Positions 51,589-64,000 of a stretch of 64,000 nt of DNA are shown in pieces. The stretch lies in the NCBI RefSeq assembly GCF_963921235.1, contig NC_086115.1, positions 51,708,001-51,772,000 of the forward strand, read 5' to 3'. Position 1 is the stretch's first letter. Every line of letters starts with the position of its first letter. The stretch is from Mobula hypostoma. Lineage: Eukaryota. The notes below the pieces were generated by a model. The model did no database searches. It was given only the letters and a program-made list of their open reading frames with translations, and was not told the DNA's origin. Position numbers and translations under genes: made by a program.

Positions 51589-52483
51589 CTGGCAGGTTGA
51601 TTGGCTCCACTGACAGATGAAGCCTCTTGAGCCAGGGAAAAAAGACTGGCTGGTATCTGGAGAACCTCCAGTGAGAGGAGAGCCACATATTGGCTCCATG
51701 CTACGAGAGACCATTCATACTGGAAAAGATTATCAACATAGCCTCCAATAGTCTGCACTACCATCATCCATGAAGTAGTATTCCATGTTTCCCAGCTCAA
51801 GACAGTGACTACCTTCCCCCTGGTTCCAGTCACCACCAGCCCCCACACGCAATTGGTGAACGGGACCCTGATTTATTCTGTGCGGTGCATCCTGGCATCC
51901 TGCTGGGTGTGGGACAGTATCCAGTACCTAATTGAATGGGAGGGTTATGGCCGAGGTGAATGTTCTTAGGCTCCAACCCAAAATATCCTGGACAGTCTCT
52001 CATCCAGGACTTCCAGCGGCACACTCCTCCAGCCCTCTGGCACATCAGAAGTAGCACCTGCGGAAGGGGGGCCCTGTCACAACCAAGAACACTGACATGG
52101 AGTCTGGGCAGCCAGGCAGCTGGAAGAAGATGGCAATCACATGCATGAGAATGCACACATTGCAGCCAATTTGGCTTTCGTTAAAGTTGTATTTAACTCC
52201 CGTCCTTTTCCTTCAGTCATGTCAGGTCTCGATTGAAGCATCATGATAATTACACTCCCTTATTACCTTGGTACAATTCCAAGAAAGAGGATTTAAAGGG
52301 GTGGCGTTAATTTAGTTCTAGGTTTCGAGCTGTAGTGATACATTTAGTTGTTGGTTAGCGGCCCAGTTGGTCTAGTGTTTATTATTAATCTTTGTTCTGT
52401 ACTGTTCTTACTTAAGCTCAGTGATCTGTTCATTCTGTGTCTGTGTCTCTCCCTCTGCACTTGGGCTCAGGTTCACTGTTTGG

Positions 52484-53484
52484 GCATTCATCATCATCAT
52501 CAGGTGCCATGCCCAGTTTGAGCTTTGTCTGCCATGCAAGTGGATCAATTCATTGGTATTCATTTCTAGTTCTCTGGCTGCTGTCTCCATCATCATTTGT
52601 CTTTGTCTTCCTCTTGCTTTCTTCCCTTCAATCTTCCCCATAATTACCGTGCATTCTAACTCTTCTTTCCTAATCACACGTCCAATGAAGTTACATTGCC
52701 ATTTCTCTCTCATACATTATTTCTCTTTTTGTGTTTCCTCTGTTCATGACATCCTCGTTAGATATTTGTTTCGTCCATGATATTCTTTGCATTCTCCTCA
52801 AAAACCACATCTCTGCTGCTTCAATTTGTTTCCTCATGTTACTAGATATTGTCCAACATTCTGATCCATATAACATAACTGGATAAATGTAATATTTTCA
52901 GTACTCTGAGGTGGGTTCTCATGCCTAGTTTAGTGTTAGTCAGTATACTCTTCATACTCATAAAGGTGTCTTTTGCCATCCCTATTCTTCTTTTGATGTC
53001 CATGTTGCACCTGCTGTCTGATGTCACCCAGCTTCCTAAGTAGCAAAAGTTCTGTACTCGTTTTATGTCTTCCTGATTTATTTTCAGCCTGCAGATAGGA
53101 TTGTCCTTCTTTTTAGATATCACCATGCATTCCGTCTTTTTGCAATTGATAGGTATACCCATTTTTGTACTTTCTTCAACAACTATATCAATTAAATTTT
53201 GTAGTTCTTCCTCCGTACTTGCAGTTAGCACAATGTCATCCATATATCTGAAATTATTGATGTTTTCACTGCCAACTTTGATTTCCAAGATGTCTCTTAT
53301 TTTTTGTAATATTGTTTCACTGTACACATTAAACAAAACAGGGGAGAAAACACACCCTTGTCTAACGCCTCTCTTGATTTTCGTAAACTGACTCACTTCT
53401 CCATTTATTCTTACAGCAGCAGTTTGCTCCCAGTACAAATTTCTGATTAGGCGGAGGTCTTTCAAATCTAGATCTAGAGTTTCC
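52484..53484 (-). mobile_element. RTE LINE 3' fragment (RT)
   Basis: IRNLYWEQTAAVR..IKRGVRQGCVFSP.LFNVY, NNFRYMDD, LYGSECWT, GKIEGKKARGRQR; (GAT)n tail. Confidence 0.92.
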
Positions 53485-54380
53485 TGTAACAGGTACTACT
53501 GTTCCGGGTCAGAGTGGCCCTGGGAGCAATGAATGACTAAGGGGTAACTCCACTTTCCCCAAAGCTCTGAAAGTCTCCAAACAGAGCCTCATCACCGGTT
53601 GCAGTTTAGAGTCATACCCAAGACATGTTCGGCCATCAAAGGCAGCAACTAGCAGCAGATCTTTTTGGTGCTTTGGGTAGTGGCCATTCGGAGAGATCAG
53701 AAGCTTGTGAGGACATAATTCACTCAGGCTCACTGATTGAGTATCTTGATACGGAGCCTTGACACAAAGAGACGGAGTTTCATAGGCAAACCTTGAAACT
53801 GGAGCAAAACTTAGAACACACGGTCCTAAGTGGCCGGGAAACATTAATTACCACACAGGCAAAACCAATGATATGGTGACTAGTGGTTGTAACGCCTGGG
53901 TTCTTATGCTGCAGGTCTTGATGGAAACCAGGCGTGCCATCATCAAAGAGAATTAGAAGCAAATGGGAAATTAATGGTCGGAACCATGGCACAATCAAAG
54001 GAGATTAGGAGAAAGATAGGGAATTAATGATCGAGACCGTGACAATACTTCCCCGCCCCCACGGGGGTCTCCAGGCGAACCACCAGCCTTGTCTGGATTG
54101 TCTCACTGGAAATCACGGAGGAGGGAAGGATCCAGGATGAAGGAACGGGGAATCCAGGAGCGTTCCTCCAGGCTGTATCCCTCCCAATCAACCAGATACT
54201 GGAGGCCCCTGCCTCGGTGGCACACATCCAGTATTCGCCAGACGGTGTACTCTGGGTGGTCGTCAATGATCCGGGTGGGTGGAGGGTATTCAGCAGGAGG
54301 GCACAAAGGGCTGACAGATACAGGTTTCAATTGGGAGACGTGGAACGTGGGATGAATGTGCATGGATCCGGGCAGTTTGA
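53485..54380 (-). mobile_element. Gypsy chromovirus 3' fragment: chromodomain, PPT and 560-bp LTR
   Basis: [20 protein letters not shown]...[23 protein letters not shown]; PPT gggggcggggaa; LTR 54044-53485 TGTCAC..TGTTACA. Confidence 0.88.
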
Positions 54381-54726
54381 GTCCCTCTGAATATACCTCT
54401 TGCCCATCCTCTGGGTTCCCCCCCCCTTGTCTTTCTTCCCGGACCTCCTGTCCCATGATCCTCTCGTATCCCCTTTTGCCTATCATCTGTCCAGCTCTTG
54501 GCTCTATCCCTCCCCCTCCTGTCTTCTCCTATCATTTTGGATCTCCCCTTTCCCCTCCAACTTTCAAATCCCTTACTCACTCTTCCTTCAGTTAGTCCTG
54601 ACGAAGGGTCTCGGCCTGAAACGTCGACTGCACCTCTTCCTACAGATGCTGCTTGGCCTGCTGCGTTCACCAGCAACTTTGATGTGTGTTGCTTGAATTT
54701 CCAGCATCTGCAGAATTCCTGTTGTT
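54381..54726 (+). mobile_element. PLE terminal repeat with tail (young subfamily)
   Basis: Near-identical to 51279-51588, plus the ttgaatttccagcatctgcagaattcctgttgttt tail. Confidence 0.9.
54593..54630 (+). ncRNA. Minimal type-I hammerhead ribozyme, intact core
   Basis: tagtc CTGACGA agggtctcggcct GAAAC GTC gactg; predicted cleavage after 54625. Confidence 0.78.
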
Positions 54727-56599
54727 TGCCTTTGTAAGACATGTTCACATTGGCTCTGTCCATTACACAGTTACCTCAGAAATGCATTAATCCAAATTTG
54801 GGCTCCTATTTACTTCCCCAAATGCTGCTCCAACTAATCTTTATGAGGATATAGCTATTGCTAAGCTCACCGTCACCCCAAGCTGACTGGGTTCAAGAAA
54901 CACAGGCTCTAGGGTTGCAAAGGACTGATTCTGACCAAGAGCTGCATTGTTTTGTAGACCTTGAACCTCCCTCCTATCCCTCCGTTGACCTCTGATTGGA
55001 AAACAATTATCTGAGAGCCCAAGCAAATGATACATCAGTGGGCCAGTCATAAGGAGGTTACTCCACACAAGGAGGAAGCACTACAGCAAAGCCCAAGTTG
55101 GTGGAATTAAATGTGGGACTGGGGAATGAATATAGACATTCACCTGTGGATCAGCATCATATCACATTTGATTGTTGTGCTCTGTTCCATTACACTAATA
55201 CTAAAATATGTGATCCTTTATATGTTCAGACAACAGCTGAAAAGAATAAACATTATCTCTGTCAAAATGTTTAAATTAGAAATTTCTTCTCCCTTTGAAA
55301 TGATACTACCACACTGCTCAATGGCATGACCATGTGAGTTTGGTAAGCTGACAACTCCAAAGGGTGAAGTGCAAAGGAGGAATTAAAAATACACCCTTTA
55401 ACTTAAAATAGAGTTGTCTAGTCACAGTCCTCATAGTGAGGAAGCACGTTGGTCAGGAAGACAAGTAAAACATCATGTCTTGATTCCAGTGAAGCCTTGA
55501 ATCATGCAGATGTAAAATATAAAGGAAGGTGATCTGATAACTGGCTTTCAGAAGCAAACTAGATCAGTTCAGGTGGTGATGTAAAGATTTACCTATTCAT
55601 CTATCATTAAGAAAAATGGCCAGCTTTAGTGTTATAGCTGACTGGTATGTGTAGATTAGGAAAGAAATGGGGGCTTTTTTAATTAACTAGGTAGGAGTAG
55701 AGAACAAGCTGAATGAATTTCTCCTCAAACCAGAAACACAATCAATCCCAAGGACTTCGAAGGTTCTCCAGGCCAGCCATCATATAGCTGAATTCCTCAA
55801 TGAGCAGAAGGGTGTGAGAAGTGTTATCATATCTATTATTTTATACAGTATTTTAGACTTACTAGTATTTCATTTACTCATAATAGTTGATATTTTGGAC
55901 CAAGACCCTAATCCAAATGAAGGGTCTCAGTCAGAAATATTGACTCCTTATTCCTTTCCATTCAGTCTGCATGACCTGCTGAGTTCTTCCAGTATTTTAT
56001 GTGTTACTCTGGATTTCTAGCATCTGCAGAATTTCTTGGGTTTATAATCTATATATTGGCTCTCCTCCTGGCTTGCCTCTGTTTTGCAGGCATCAGTGTA
56101 GGAATGGGTCCAACATTTTTGCCAGTTTCACATAGATGTCGGACTGATGAACAGTTGACAGGCACTGAGATTGCATGGACCTGAACCAGATTGCATGCAT
56201 CTGTCAGAGGCCTCTCTGCACTCAGACCATCATTTCTTCTCTCTCCTTCTCTCGATGGTGGGGTCAATTCTCGAGTTGGAGAAACTCAGAACAAAAGCTA
56301 CACGGCAGACTGTAACATTGTAATAGTGACCGTTTGTTTTGTTGGTCTCCCCTCTCGCTGTGGAAAAGGTGACAGTTCTCTGAGTGAGTGAGAGAGCCTG
56401 TGGCATGTCAAATTGTAGCATGAACAATAGTTTTTGTTGGACTGCAATCATGTTCTCTCTTTAGGGGCTTTGTTATTGCTTGTTTAGTGGGCAGTGGGTG
56501 CTGAGGCTTCCTGCTGAAGTAAGTGGGGGTGAGGAAGGGGGAGGGTTGATGCTTTGCTGCTGTTTATGCGTGAGCAGAGGAGGAGGTTCAAATACTTTT

Positions 56600-57752
56600 C
56601 ACAAGATCACAAGACAAAGGAGCAGAAGTAGGCCATTTGGCCCATTGAGTCTGCTCCGCAGCTCCCCCATGAGCTAAACTATTCACCCATCTAGTTCCAA
56701 TTTCTGGCTTTTTCCCCATATCCCTTGATACCCTGACTAATTAGATACCTGTCAATCTCCTCCTTAAATACCCTCAATGATCGGGCCTCCACAGCCGTAT
56801 GTGGCAACGAATTCCACAAATCCACAACACTCTGGCTAAAAAAATTTCTCCTCATCTCTGTTCTAACTGGGTACCCTCTAATTCTAAAACTATGGCCTCT
56901 TGTCCTGGACTCACCCACCAAGGGAAACAACCTTTCCACATCTACTCTGTCCAACCCTTTCAACATTTGAAATGTTTCTATGAGATCCCCTCTCATTCTT
57001 CTATACTCTAATGAATACAATCCAAGAGCCGATAAACGCTCCTCATATGTTAGCCCCTGCATTCCAGGAATCATCCTCGTAAATCTTCTCTGAACTCTCT
57101 CCAACATCAGTACATCTTTTCTAAGATAGGGGGCCCAAAACTGCACACAGTATTCCAAATGAGGTTCCACTAATGCCCCATAGAGCCTCATCAACACCTC
57201 CTTACTCTTATACACTATCCCTCTTGAAATGAATGCCAACATAGCATTCGCTTTCCTTACCGCCAATCCAACTTGGTGGTTAACCTTCAGGGTATCCTGC
57301 ACGAGGACCCCCAAGTCCCTTTGCACTTCCGATTTTTGAATTTTCTCCCCATCTAAATAATAATCTGCCCAATTATTTCTTCTTCTGAAATGTACAACCG
57401 TACATTTATCAACGTTGTATCTCATCTGCCATTTCTTTGCCCACTCTCCTAAACTAACTAAGTCTCTCTGCAACCTTTCCGTTTCTTCAACATTTCCTGC
57501 TCCTCCACCTATCTTGGTGTCATCCGCAAATTTAGCCACAAAACCTTTTAATCCATAATCCAAATCATCGATATACATCGTAAAAAGAAGTGGCCCCAAC
57601 ACCGACCCCTGCAGAACACCACTAGTAACTGGCAACCAATCAGAATAGGATCCCTTTATTCCCACCCTTTGCTTTCTGCTTATCAGCTAATGCTCCGCCC
57701 ATTTCAATATCTTTCCTACAATTCCGTGGGCTCTCATCTTATTAAGAGCCTC
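56600..57752 (-). mobile_element. CR1 LINE 3' fragment with open RT frame
   Basis: ORF 56691-57665: [33 protein letters not shown]; (CTTGTGAT) tail. Inserted into an older Rex-type 3' UTR (~56250-56590 and ~57755-57890). Confidence 0.92.
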
Positions 57753-60219
57753 ATATGTTATTTTCTGTTATTCATTCTTAGAGGTTTTCTTCTGTTTTGT
57801 GGATGTCTGCAAGGAATAAAAATTTCAGATTGTATACTGTATACATTCTCTGATATTAAATGGTACCATTGAGCTATTGAATCATTGAACAAAAACAGGG
57901 GAGGAAGACAAAAAAAATCACCTCTTAATTATTATCAGCGATCTCCAGAGACCAGTAGTCATGGTTCTAATTTCTAGCTCACAATCCTCTGGATGCACCA
58001 AGCTCACTAGGTTCTGAGATTCTAAATGAATATCACAAGTGGGGAATTGGGAATGAAAGCAGCAGTACCCAATGAATGTAAAGCAATGTTGATGGATGCC
58101 AAGAATCCAAAACAAATTGTCGGAAAGTTAGATTTCAAAAATATTTCAAAGTACATTTATGATCAAACTATGTACAGTTCATCTTCTTGCAGACAGCCAC
58201 AAAACAAAGAAACACCATAGCACCTGTTTAAAGAAAACCACAACTCAACAAGACCATCAGATGTGCGAGAAAAAGAACAAACAGCAAAAGGTGAACAAAT
58301 AACACACAAAACATTAAACATCAAACCATACAGTCCCCAAAAGTGAGTCCACAGTTACAAGCACTGAGGGGAGTAAAGCCAGTCCAGGAGCTTATAACCA
58401 CGGCCACAGCCACCAAGTCAGTTCAGTGCTGTGTTGATGGCTTCAGACCACAGCAACGGATCCAGTCCCGCGCTGAAGTGCTTCGATTAACTTGCGCAAA
58501 TAGTGAAGCAAGTTGAGCAGTGACAACATCAAACATCAAACCACAGTCAAAAGTGAGTCCACAACCATAAGCCACGAGGCGTCGAGGCGATTGAACCCTG
58601 CAGGGTGAAACCTGAGACTCCTGCACCTTCCACTGGAAGCAGTGAGAGGGAGACCAGTCCAATGCATGCAGAAGGCACTGAACAGCTGTTCATTTTCCAC
58701 TCTTGTCCCAGTCAATTTTAATCATGCTCAACACTTTAATATCGGCATGGAGTAATAGATTCCACCACAGGTTTGTATTCCGTCACTAGGAATCGACACA
58801 GCGTACAACCCCAGTAATGGCCACAGACGTATTCTATGCTGAAACCTCTCCCCACCCGCAGAAGATCGCAGAGATGCCCGATCATTCACTCAGCCCAAAA
58901 ATACATTCTTAAGGGAAATTACAGGCCGCAATCAATCACAGTTCAGAAGAAGAACCATAGCTTAATATGATCAGAATTCTTCGTTCTTGCCTTATCCATA
59001 GGCACACACAATGTAATACAAAAATTTTGCAGCACTGTTGATGAATTGGTAACTAAGTACTTTGTGTGTCTGTCTCGCTGTGTGTTTGTGTATATGGGTA
59101 TAAGCACACATTTCTAGTGCTAACTAGTGACACTTATTCACAATGTGATATTAACGTTATTTAGCAGTGTTGTCGCAAATTGAATTAAATTTTGTCCATT
59201 ATAATTTTTGCTCCGTACATTATAAGGTCTTTCATATGAAGCAGATCATCATGATTAACTGATAGTTTCATGATTAACTGGCTTCACAATGATTTATAAT
59301 ATATATTAGGATGTGCAGATACATAAATATTCATTGTATTAAAATAGCGGCTACGATCCTTTATGGTTCTACTAGCTGATATAATTAAGTTTAAAATGTG
59401 AAGTACTATTTGACTTTTACATCCAAATGTAAAACAGGCTGAAATGATCCTTTTCTGCCAAAGTACTGTATTAAGTAACAGAAAATGGAATAGAATAAAA
59501 ACCTATTACAGTCTATGTATATGTAATATAATAGGTTTTAAAGCAGCAATTCATTACAGAAAAATATCAAAATGATTTGAGTCCTGATATATAGAACTGT
59601 TTATCCCCCATTTTGCAAAAATAGATACTATGAAGGACAAATTTTGAATATTCATTTCCCTTTTTTGCTGAGATACATCATCTCCAAAGTACATTGAGAA
59701 CAGTCTAGCCTGCAATGTTATTTGACAGTTCACTGTCTAACTGATGATACTGACTTTTTTTGAGATATTTTATAGAAATAATTTTGGTTCTGTCTTTGTT
59801 ACAAGTTCTACTTAAGCTAGTGTTTTTTACAGAGCTAGGGAAAACATTTTGAGAAATTATAGAAACTATGGATCTGATTCCACATGCCATGTGTGAGTTT
59901 AATGTTCTGTCTGTCACGTGTGGCACAGTGGTTTCATGGCCTGCATCATTCTGTGTGATTGTATACTGTAGGCACTAATTCTTTTCATTATCATTTCATA
60001 CTCTGACAAAAATCCACGTCATCAACTACAACCAAAGTTCTTGGGAGATGAAGAGAATCATCAGTATATCTTCAGCTAATTCTAGGTGCATGCTAAGTAT
60101 TGAATAGAAGCTGCAAGTATTCACATCTTCAGATAGAGGTCAACAAGTGTTTTAAGTGAGTTGTTAGGTTCCGAATTCAATATTGGTTTTGGCAGAAGGG
60201 TGAGTGGCAGAGATATAAC

Positions 60220-60995
60220 AGTTCAAAGTAAATTTATTATCAAGGTACATATATACCACCAAAGCAACACACACAAAATGCTGGAGGAACTCATCAGGTA
60301 AGGCAGCATCTATGAAAGTGAATAGATGGTCAACGTTTTGGGCCGAGACCCTTCTTGAGGGCAGAGGAATGGGTTCTGAAGAAGGGTCTCAACACGAAAC
60401 ATCAGCTTTCTATTCATTTCCATAGATGCTGCCTGACCTTCTGACTTCCACCAGCATTTGTGTGCGTTGCTTTGGAAGTCCAGCAACTTCAGACTTTATG
60501 TCACCATATACAGCCCTGAGATTCACTTTCTTGTGGGCATACTCAATTAGTACATAATAGAATAATAACCATAATAGAATCAATGAAAGACCACACCAAC
60601 TTGGGTGATTAACCAGTGAGCAAAAGACGCAACCTCTGCAAATACAAAAATAAATAAATAACAACAATAAATAAATAAATACTAAATATTGAGAACATGA
60701 GATAACAAGTTCTTGAAAGTGAGTCCATTGGTTGTGGGAACATTTCAATGATGGGCCATCTGAAGTTGAGTGAAGTTGTCCCCTTTGGTTCAAGAGCCTG
60801 ATCACTGAGGGGTAATAACTATTCCTGAACCTGGTGGTGTGAGTCCTGAGGCTCCTGTACCTTCTTCCTGAAGGCAGCAGTGAGAAGAGAGCATGTCTTG
60901 AGTGGTGGGGGTCTTGGATGATGGATGCTGATTTCCTGTGACAATGTTTCATGTAGATGTGCTCAATAGTAGGAGAGCTTTACCCATGATGGACT
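60220..60995 (-). mobile_element. Rex1/Babar 3' fragment, interrupted by a PLE fold-back
   Basis: HALFSLLPSGRRYRSLRTHTTRFRNSYYPSVIRLLN; tail aataaatttactttgaac. Confidence 0.88.
60260..60497. mobile_element. Older PLE fold-back insertion
   Basis: Imperfect inverted arms (caaagcaacacacacaaaatgctggagg.. / ..ccaccagcatttgtgtgcgttgctttg), each reaching into a degenerate hammerhead; flanks ataccacca / atgtcacca. Confidence 0.8.
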
Positions 60996-61264
60996 GTTAT
61001 GTGAGATTCATTCTTCAAAAGCTCTTCAATCATGGCACCTGAATGTCTTGTATATTAAAGCAAACATCAAGTCCTAATGAGTGTATTGATTTGGAGGCAA
61101 TGAACGTATGAAAAGGTAATGTCATCCCCAGTTACTATTGACTATGAAGAATTACGTTCATACATTCCCATGCAGTGGAGCACCAGAGTTCTACCCTCTG
61201 CTCTAAGGGAAAATCTAATTTATATGCATTGTACAGCTGGCATCAACATTACCAACAGCCCTAG

Positions 61265-61805
61265 ACATTCAGTGTAACATAGATGTTACAATATAGAGCA
61301 TTGACTGATTACATCAGCCTGGTATGGAGGCACCAATGCACAGGATTGCAATAGACTGCAAATGATTGATAACTCAGCCAGCTCCATCACAGGTACAGCC
61401 CTCTCCACCATCAAGGATATCTTCAAGTAACCGGCATCCATCATTACTGACCCTCACCCACTTAGACATTCCCTCTTCTCATTACTACCATCAGGGAGGA
61501 GGTACAGGAGCCTGAAGATCCACATTCAACAAGTCAGGAACAGCTTCTTCAAAGTTCAAAGTTCAAGGTAAATTTATTATTAAAGTATATACTATATGTC
61601 ACTATATACAAGCCTGAAAATCTTCCTCTCCATCATCAGATTTACAAACAGTCCATGAACTCATGAACACTACCTCATTCTTCCTTCTTTGCACTATTTA
61701 CTTACTTTATAATTTATCGTAATTTTACATTTTTGTATAGTACAGTTGCTGCAAAAAAACTCTCTTTATATAAGACCGTGATAATAAATCTGCTTCTGAT
61801 TCTGA
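61265..61805 (+). mobile_element. Rex1/Babar 3' fragment
   Basis: atagagcattgactgattacatc..ctaccatcagggaggaggtacaggagcctgaag; (TTCTGA)n tail. Confidence 0.8.
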
Positions 61806-62484
61806 ATCTACCATTGGTAACACACAAAAAATGGCGAAGCAACTCAGCAGGTTAGACAGTATCTGTGAAAATGAATAAAAGTCAACGTTTCGAGCCAAGG
61901 CCCTTCAGGGCTGTTCAGAGATCCACCCCTTAATTTCCTTTTCTCAAGCACACAAGAGGCACTATCATTCAAGGTTACTCTCCCATAGAAAGCTGAGAAT
62001 AAGCTCAGTGGTGGAGCACCATTACAGTCATTGATTCTGCCAGACCAACGTTGAGCATTAGCAATATCTGTCCATAGCTGTCCTGTTTTTGTCCAGCTTG
62101 TTTCAGTTAGAGGAAGGGAAGGTAAAAGGTAAATCTTTAAAAAAATTACTGAACATGTAATTTTCCATATTAACATTTAACCCTTCAACTAATACTATGC
62201 TCCGACAGTGGTCAACTACTTGAAGCAAAGGTAGCAATGCCGATTTCAAATGCTACTAATGGGGACACTCACCACTAAAAGGAATGCCCCCCACCTACTG
62301 CTGGAGGGTGTGAAGAAAGCAACTGAAACACAAAGAGAGATATTGAAATACATTAGAAGATTTCTTTAAGATCCAAGCAACACTTTTCTGGATATTTATT
62401 AAAGATTTCACCTGAAATTAGTAACTGCTCGATAACTCCCCTTAATGCCCACCTTGCTGAGGTCACCAAGAGAAAGGCAACATT

Positions 62485-62780
62485 TTCATGTTCTTCTCAC
62501 CTGTCTATCCCTGGGTCTCCTCCTCCTTCCCTTTCTCCTATGGTCTACTCTCCTCTCCTATCAGACTCCTTCCACTCTAGCTCCTTACCTTTCCTACCCA
62601 CTTGGCTTCACCTATCACCTTCTAGCTAGCCTTCTTCCCCTCCCTCCACCTTTTTATTCTGGTGTCTTCCCCCTTCCTTTCCAGTTCTTAAGATAGGTCT
62701 CAGCCCAAATCGTCAATTGTTTATTCATTTCCATTGATGCTACTTGACCTGCTGAGTTCATCCAGCATTTTTGTGTGGTT
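62485..62780 (+). mobile_element. PLE terminal repeat, degenerate
   Basis: Pyrimidine-rich PLE repeat ending gacctgctgagttcatccagcatttttgtg. Confidence 0.7.
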
Positions 62781-63522
62781 ATTTAACTGTAGGTGATTTG
62801 TTAAGGAATAAGTTATGTGAGGGGACAGGAGGCTAAGTAGAGCTACTAGAGAGAGATACAGAAAAAGACTTTCTTCAGACAGAGCAGAGACACAACGTCA
62901 CTCATCTTTTAGTCCTCCACTACTCTGAGTTTTAGATTTACATTGGAGAACTCCTCCCCAAAGCATAACTTACGCATGTAAATATAGCACTGTAAGGCAT
63001 GTCCAGATAATGATAACCAGCAATTAGATGCAAGTCCAGATCTGCTAACATATTTGTCTGATTAGTACAGTATTATTTTAATGATCTTTTATTTTCTTTC
63101 TACCTACAGTATATATTATCCTTATTTTTCTTCATTGTCTATGATCGTGCTGAGACATGATATTACTTGATTGACTGCAGGAAAAATAAATATCACAAGG
63201 AAACAAAAGTGACAGCTGTTGAAAATCTTAGATGAAACAAAACCTAGTCAGCAGATCAAGCAGCATTTGTAGAAAGTGAAAGAAAGAAATGTTGATGACC
63301 TTCCATTAGAAATAGAAAATTCAGAAAGCAGGAATGTTTTCAGTTACAAAGAAGGCGACAACTGAGAACAAAAGAATCTGATAATATGGAGAGCAAGAGA
63401 TAATAGATTATATAAATTGGTGTCAGCTGACAGCAAGTAAAGAATCGCACACAAAGTACTTGAGGAACTCAGCAGGTTAGGGAGCATCTATGGAACTGAA
63501 TCAACCTTCTTCAGGACTGGAA

Positions 63523-64000
63523 AATTGAATTGACTTTATTTCTTACATCCTTCACATACATGAGGAGTAAAAATATTTACGTTACATCTCCATCTAAATG
63601 TGCAATGTGCAATCATAGTAATCTATAATAAATAGAACAGTAAATGTAATATAGAGTACACTCAAATCAGCGTGAGTTCATCAGTCTGATGGCCTGGTGG
63701 AAGAGGCTATCCCGGACCCTGTTGGCCCTGGCTTTTATGCTGTGGTACTGCTTCCCAGATGGTAGCAGCTGGAATAGATTGTGGTTGGGATGGCTTGGGT
63801 CCCCACTGATCCTTCGGGCCCTTTTTACACACCTGTCCTTGTAAATGTCCTGATTCATGGGAAGTTCACAACCACAGGTGGGCTGGGCTGTCCACACCAC
63901 TCTCTGCAGAGTCCTGTGATTAAGGGAGGTACAGTTCCCATACCAGGCAGTGATGCAGCCAGTCAGGATGCTCTCAATTGTGCCCCTGTAGAAATTTCTT
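63523..64000 (-). mobile_element. Rex1/Babar 3' fragment (runs off window)
   Basis: DPSHPNHNLFQLLPSGKQYHSIKARANRVRDSLFHQAIRLMN; (TTCAA)n tail. Confidence 0.88.

Larger units (their letters stand above)
47065..52480 (+). mobile_element. Old chromodomain-type (Sushi-like) Gypsy element with nested insertions
   Basis: Diverged LTRs ~47065-47481 and ~52075-52480 (both start tgtcacaac and share cttaagctcagt..ctgttcattctgtgtctg..ccctctgcacttggg); PPT gaagggggg at ~52063; gag remnants 48900-49850; RT FSKID.SNAYNLV.IRGGD..KT.F.TPTGHYEYLMM.FGL, VYLD; RNase H NYDV..KE; FHVSQLK and chromodomain remnant. Confidence 0.85.

Noticed and set aside
54872-54992. Minus-strand exon-like segment (aatcag|...|gtgagc)
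   Set aside because: No recognisable product and no partner exons.
1-64000. CRISPR arrays, rRNA, true tRNA genes or prokaryotic operons
   Set aside because: None seen; tRNA-like boxes belong to SINE heads and the repeats are dispersed eukaryotic transposons.

Overview
Repeat-dense vertebrate DNA, intergenic or intronic. The repeat repertoire (V-SINE/HE1-type SINEs, CR1 LINEs with an SGNH-esterase ORF1, abundant GIY-YIG Penelope-like elements) suggests a cartilaginous fish such as a ray or shark; this is an inference. I recognise no host protein-coding gene, and nearly all ORFs in the track are transposon fragments or noise. Content: many CR1, Rex1/Babar and RTE LINE fragments; a decayed endogenous retrovirus (gag/IN/env remnants, ~0.65-5.9 kb); three Gypsy LTR elements; Tc1/mariner and hAT-like DNA-transposon relics, one closely resembling the Sleeping Beauty right end. 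The most striking recurring system is a Penelope-like element (PLE) family. Its terminal repeat carries a minimal type-I hammerhead ribozyme (two intact cores at 51489 and 54593). It repeatedly inserts as fold-back palindromes from ~150 bp to 2 kb with 12-14 bp target-site duplications (TSDs), and it sits at deletion and duplication junctions. Also notable: a MITE whose terminal hairpin loop is replaced by a 180-bp copy of neighbouring DNA, and a compact Gypsy element with a GGGAAAC -1 frameshift signal whose two frames remain open. Boundaries of decayed repeats are approximate and were read by eye.
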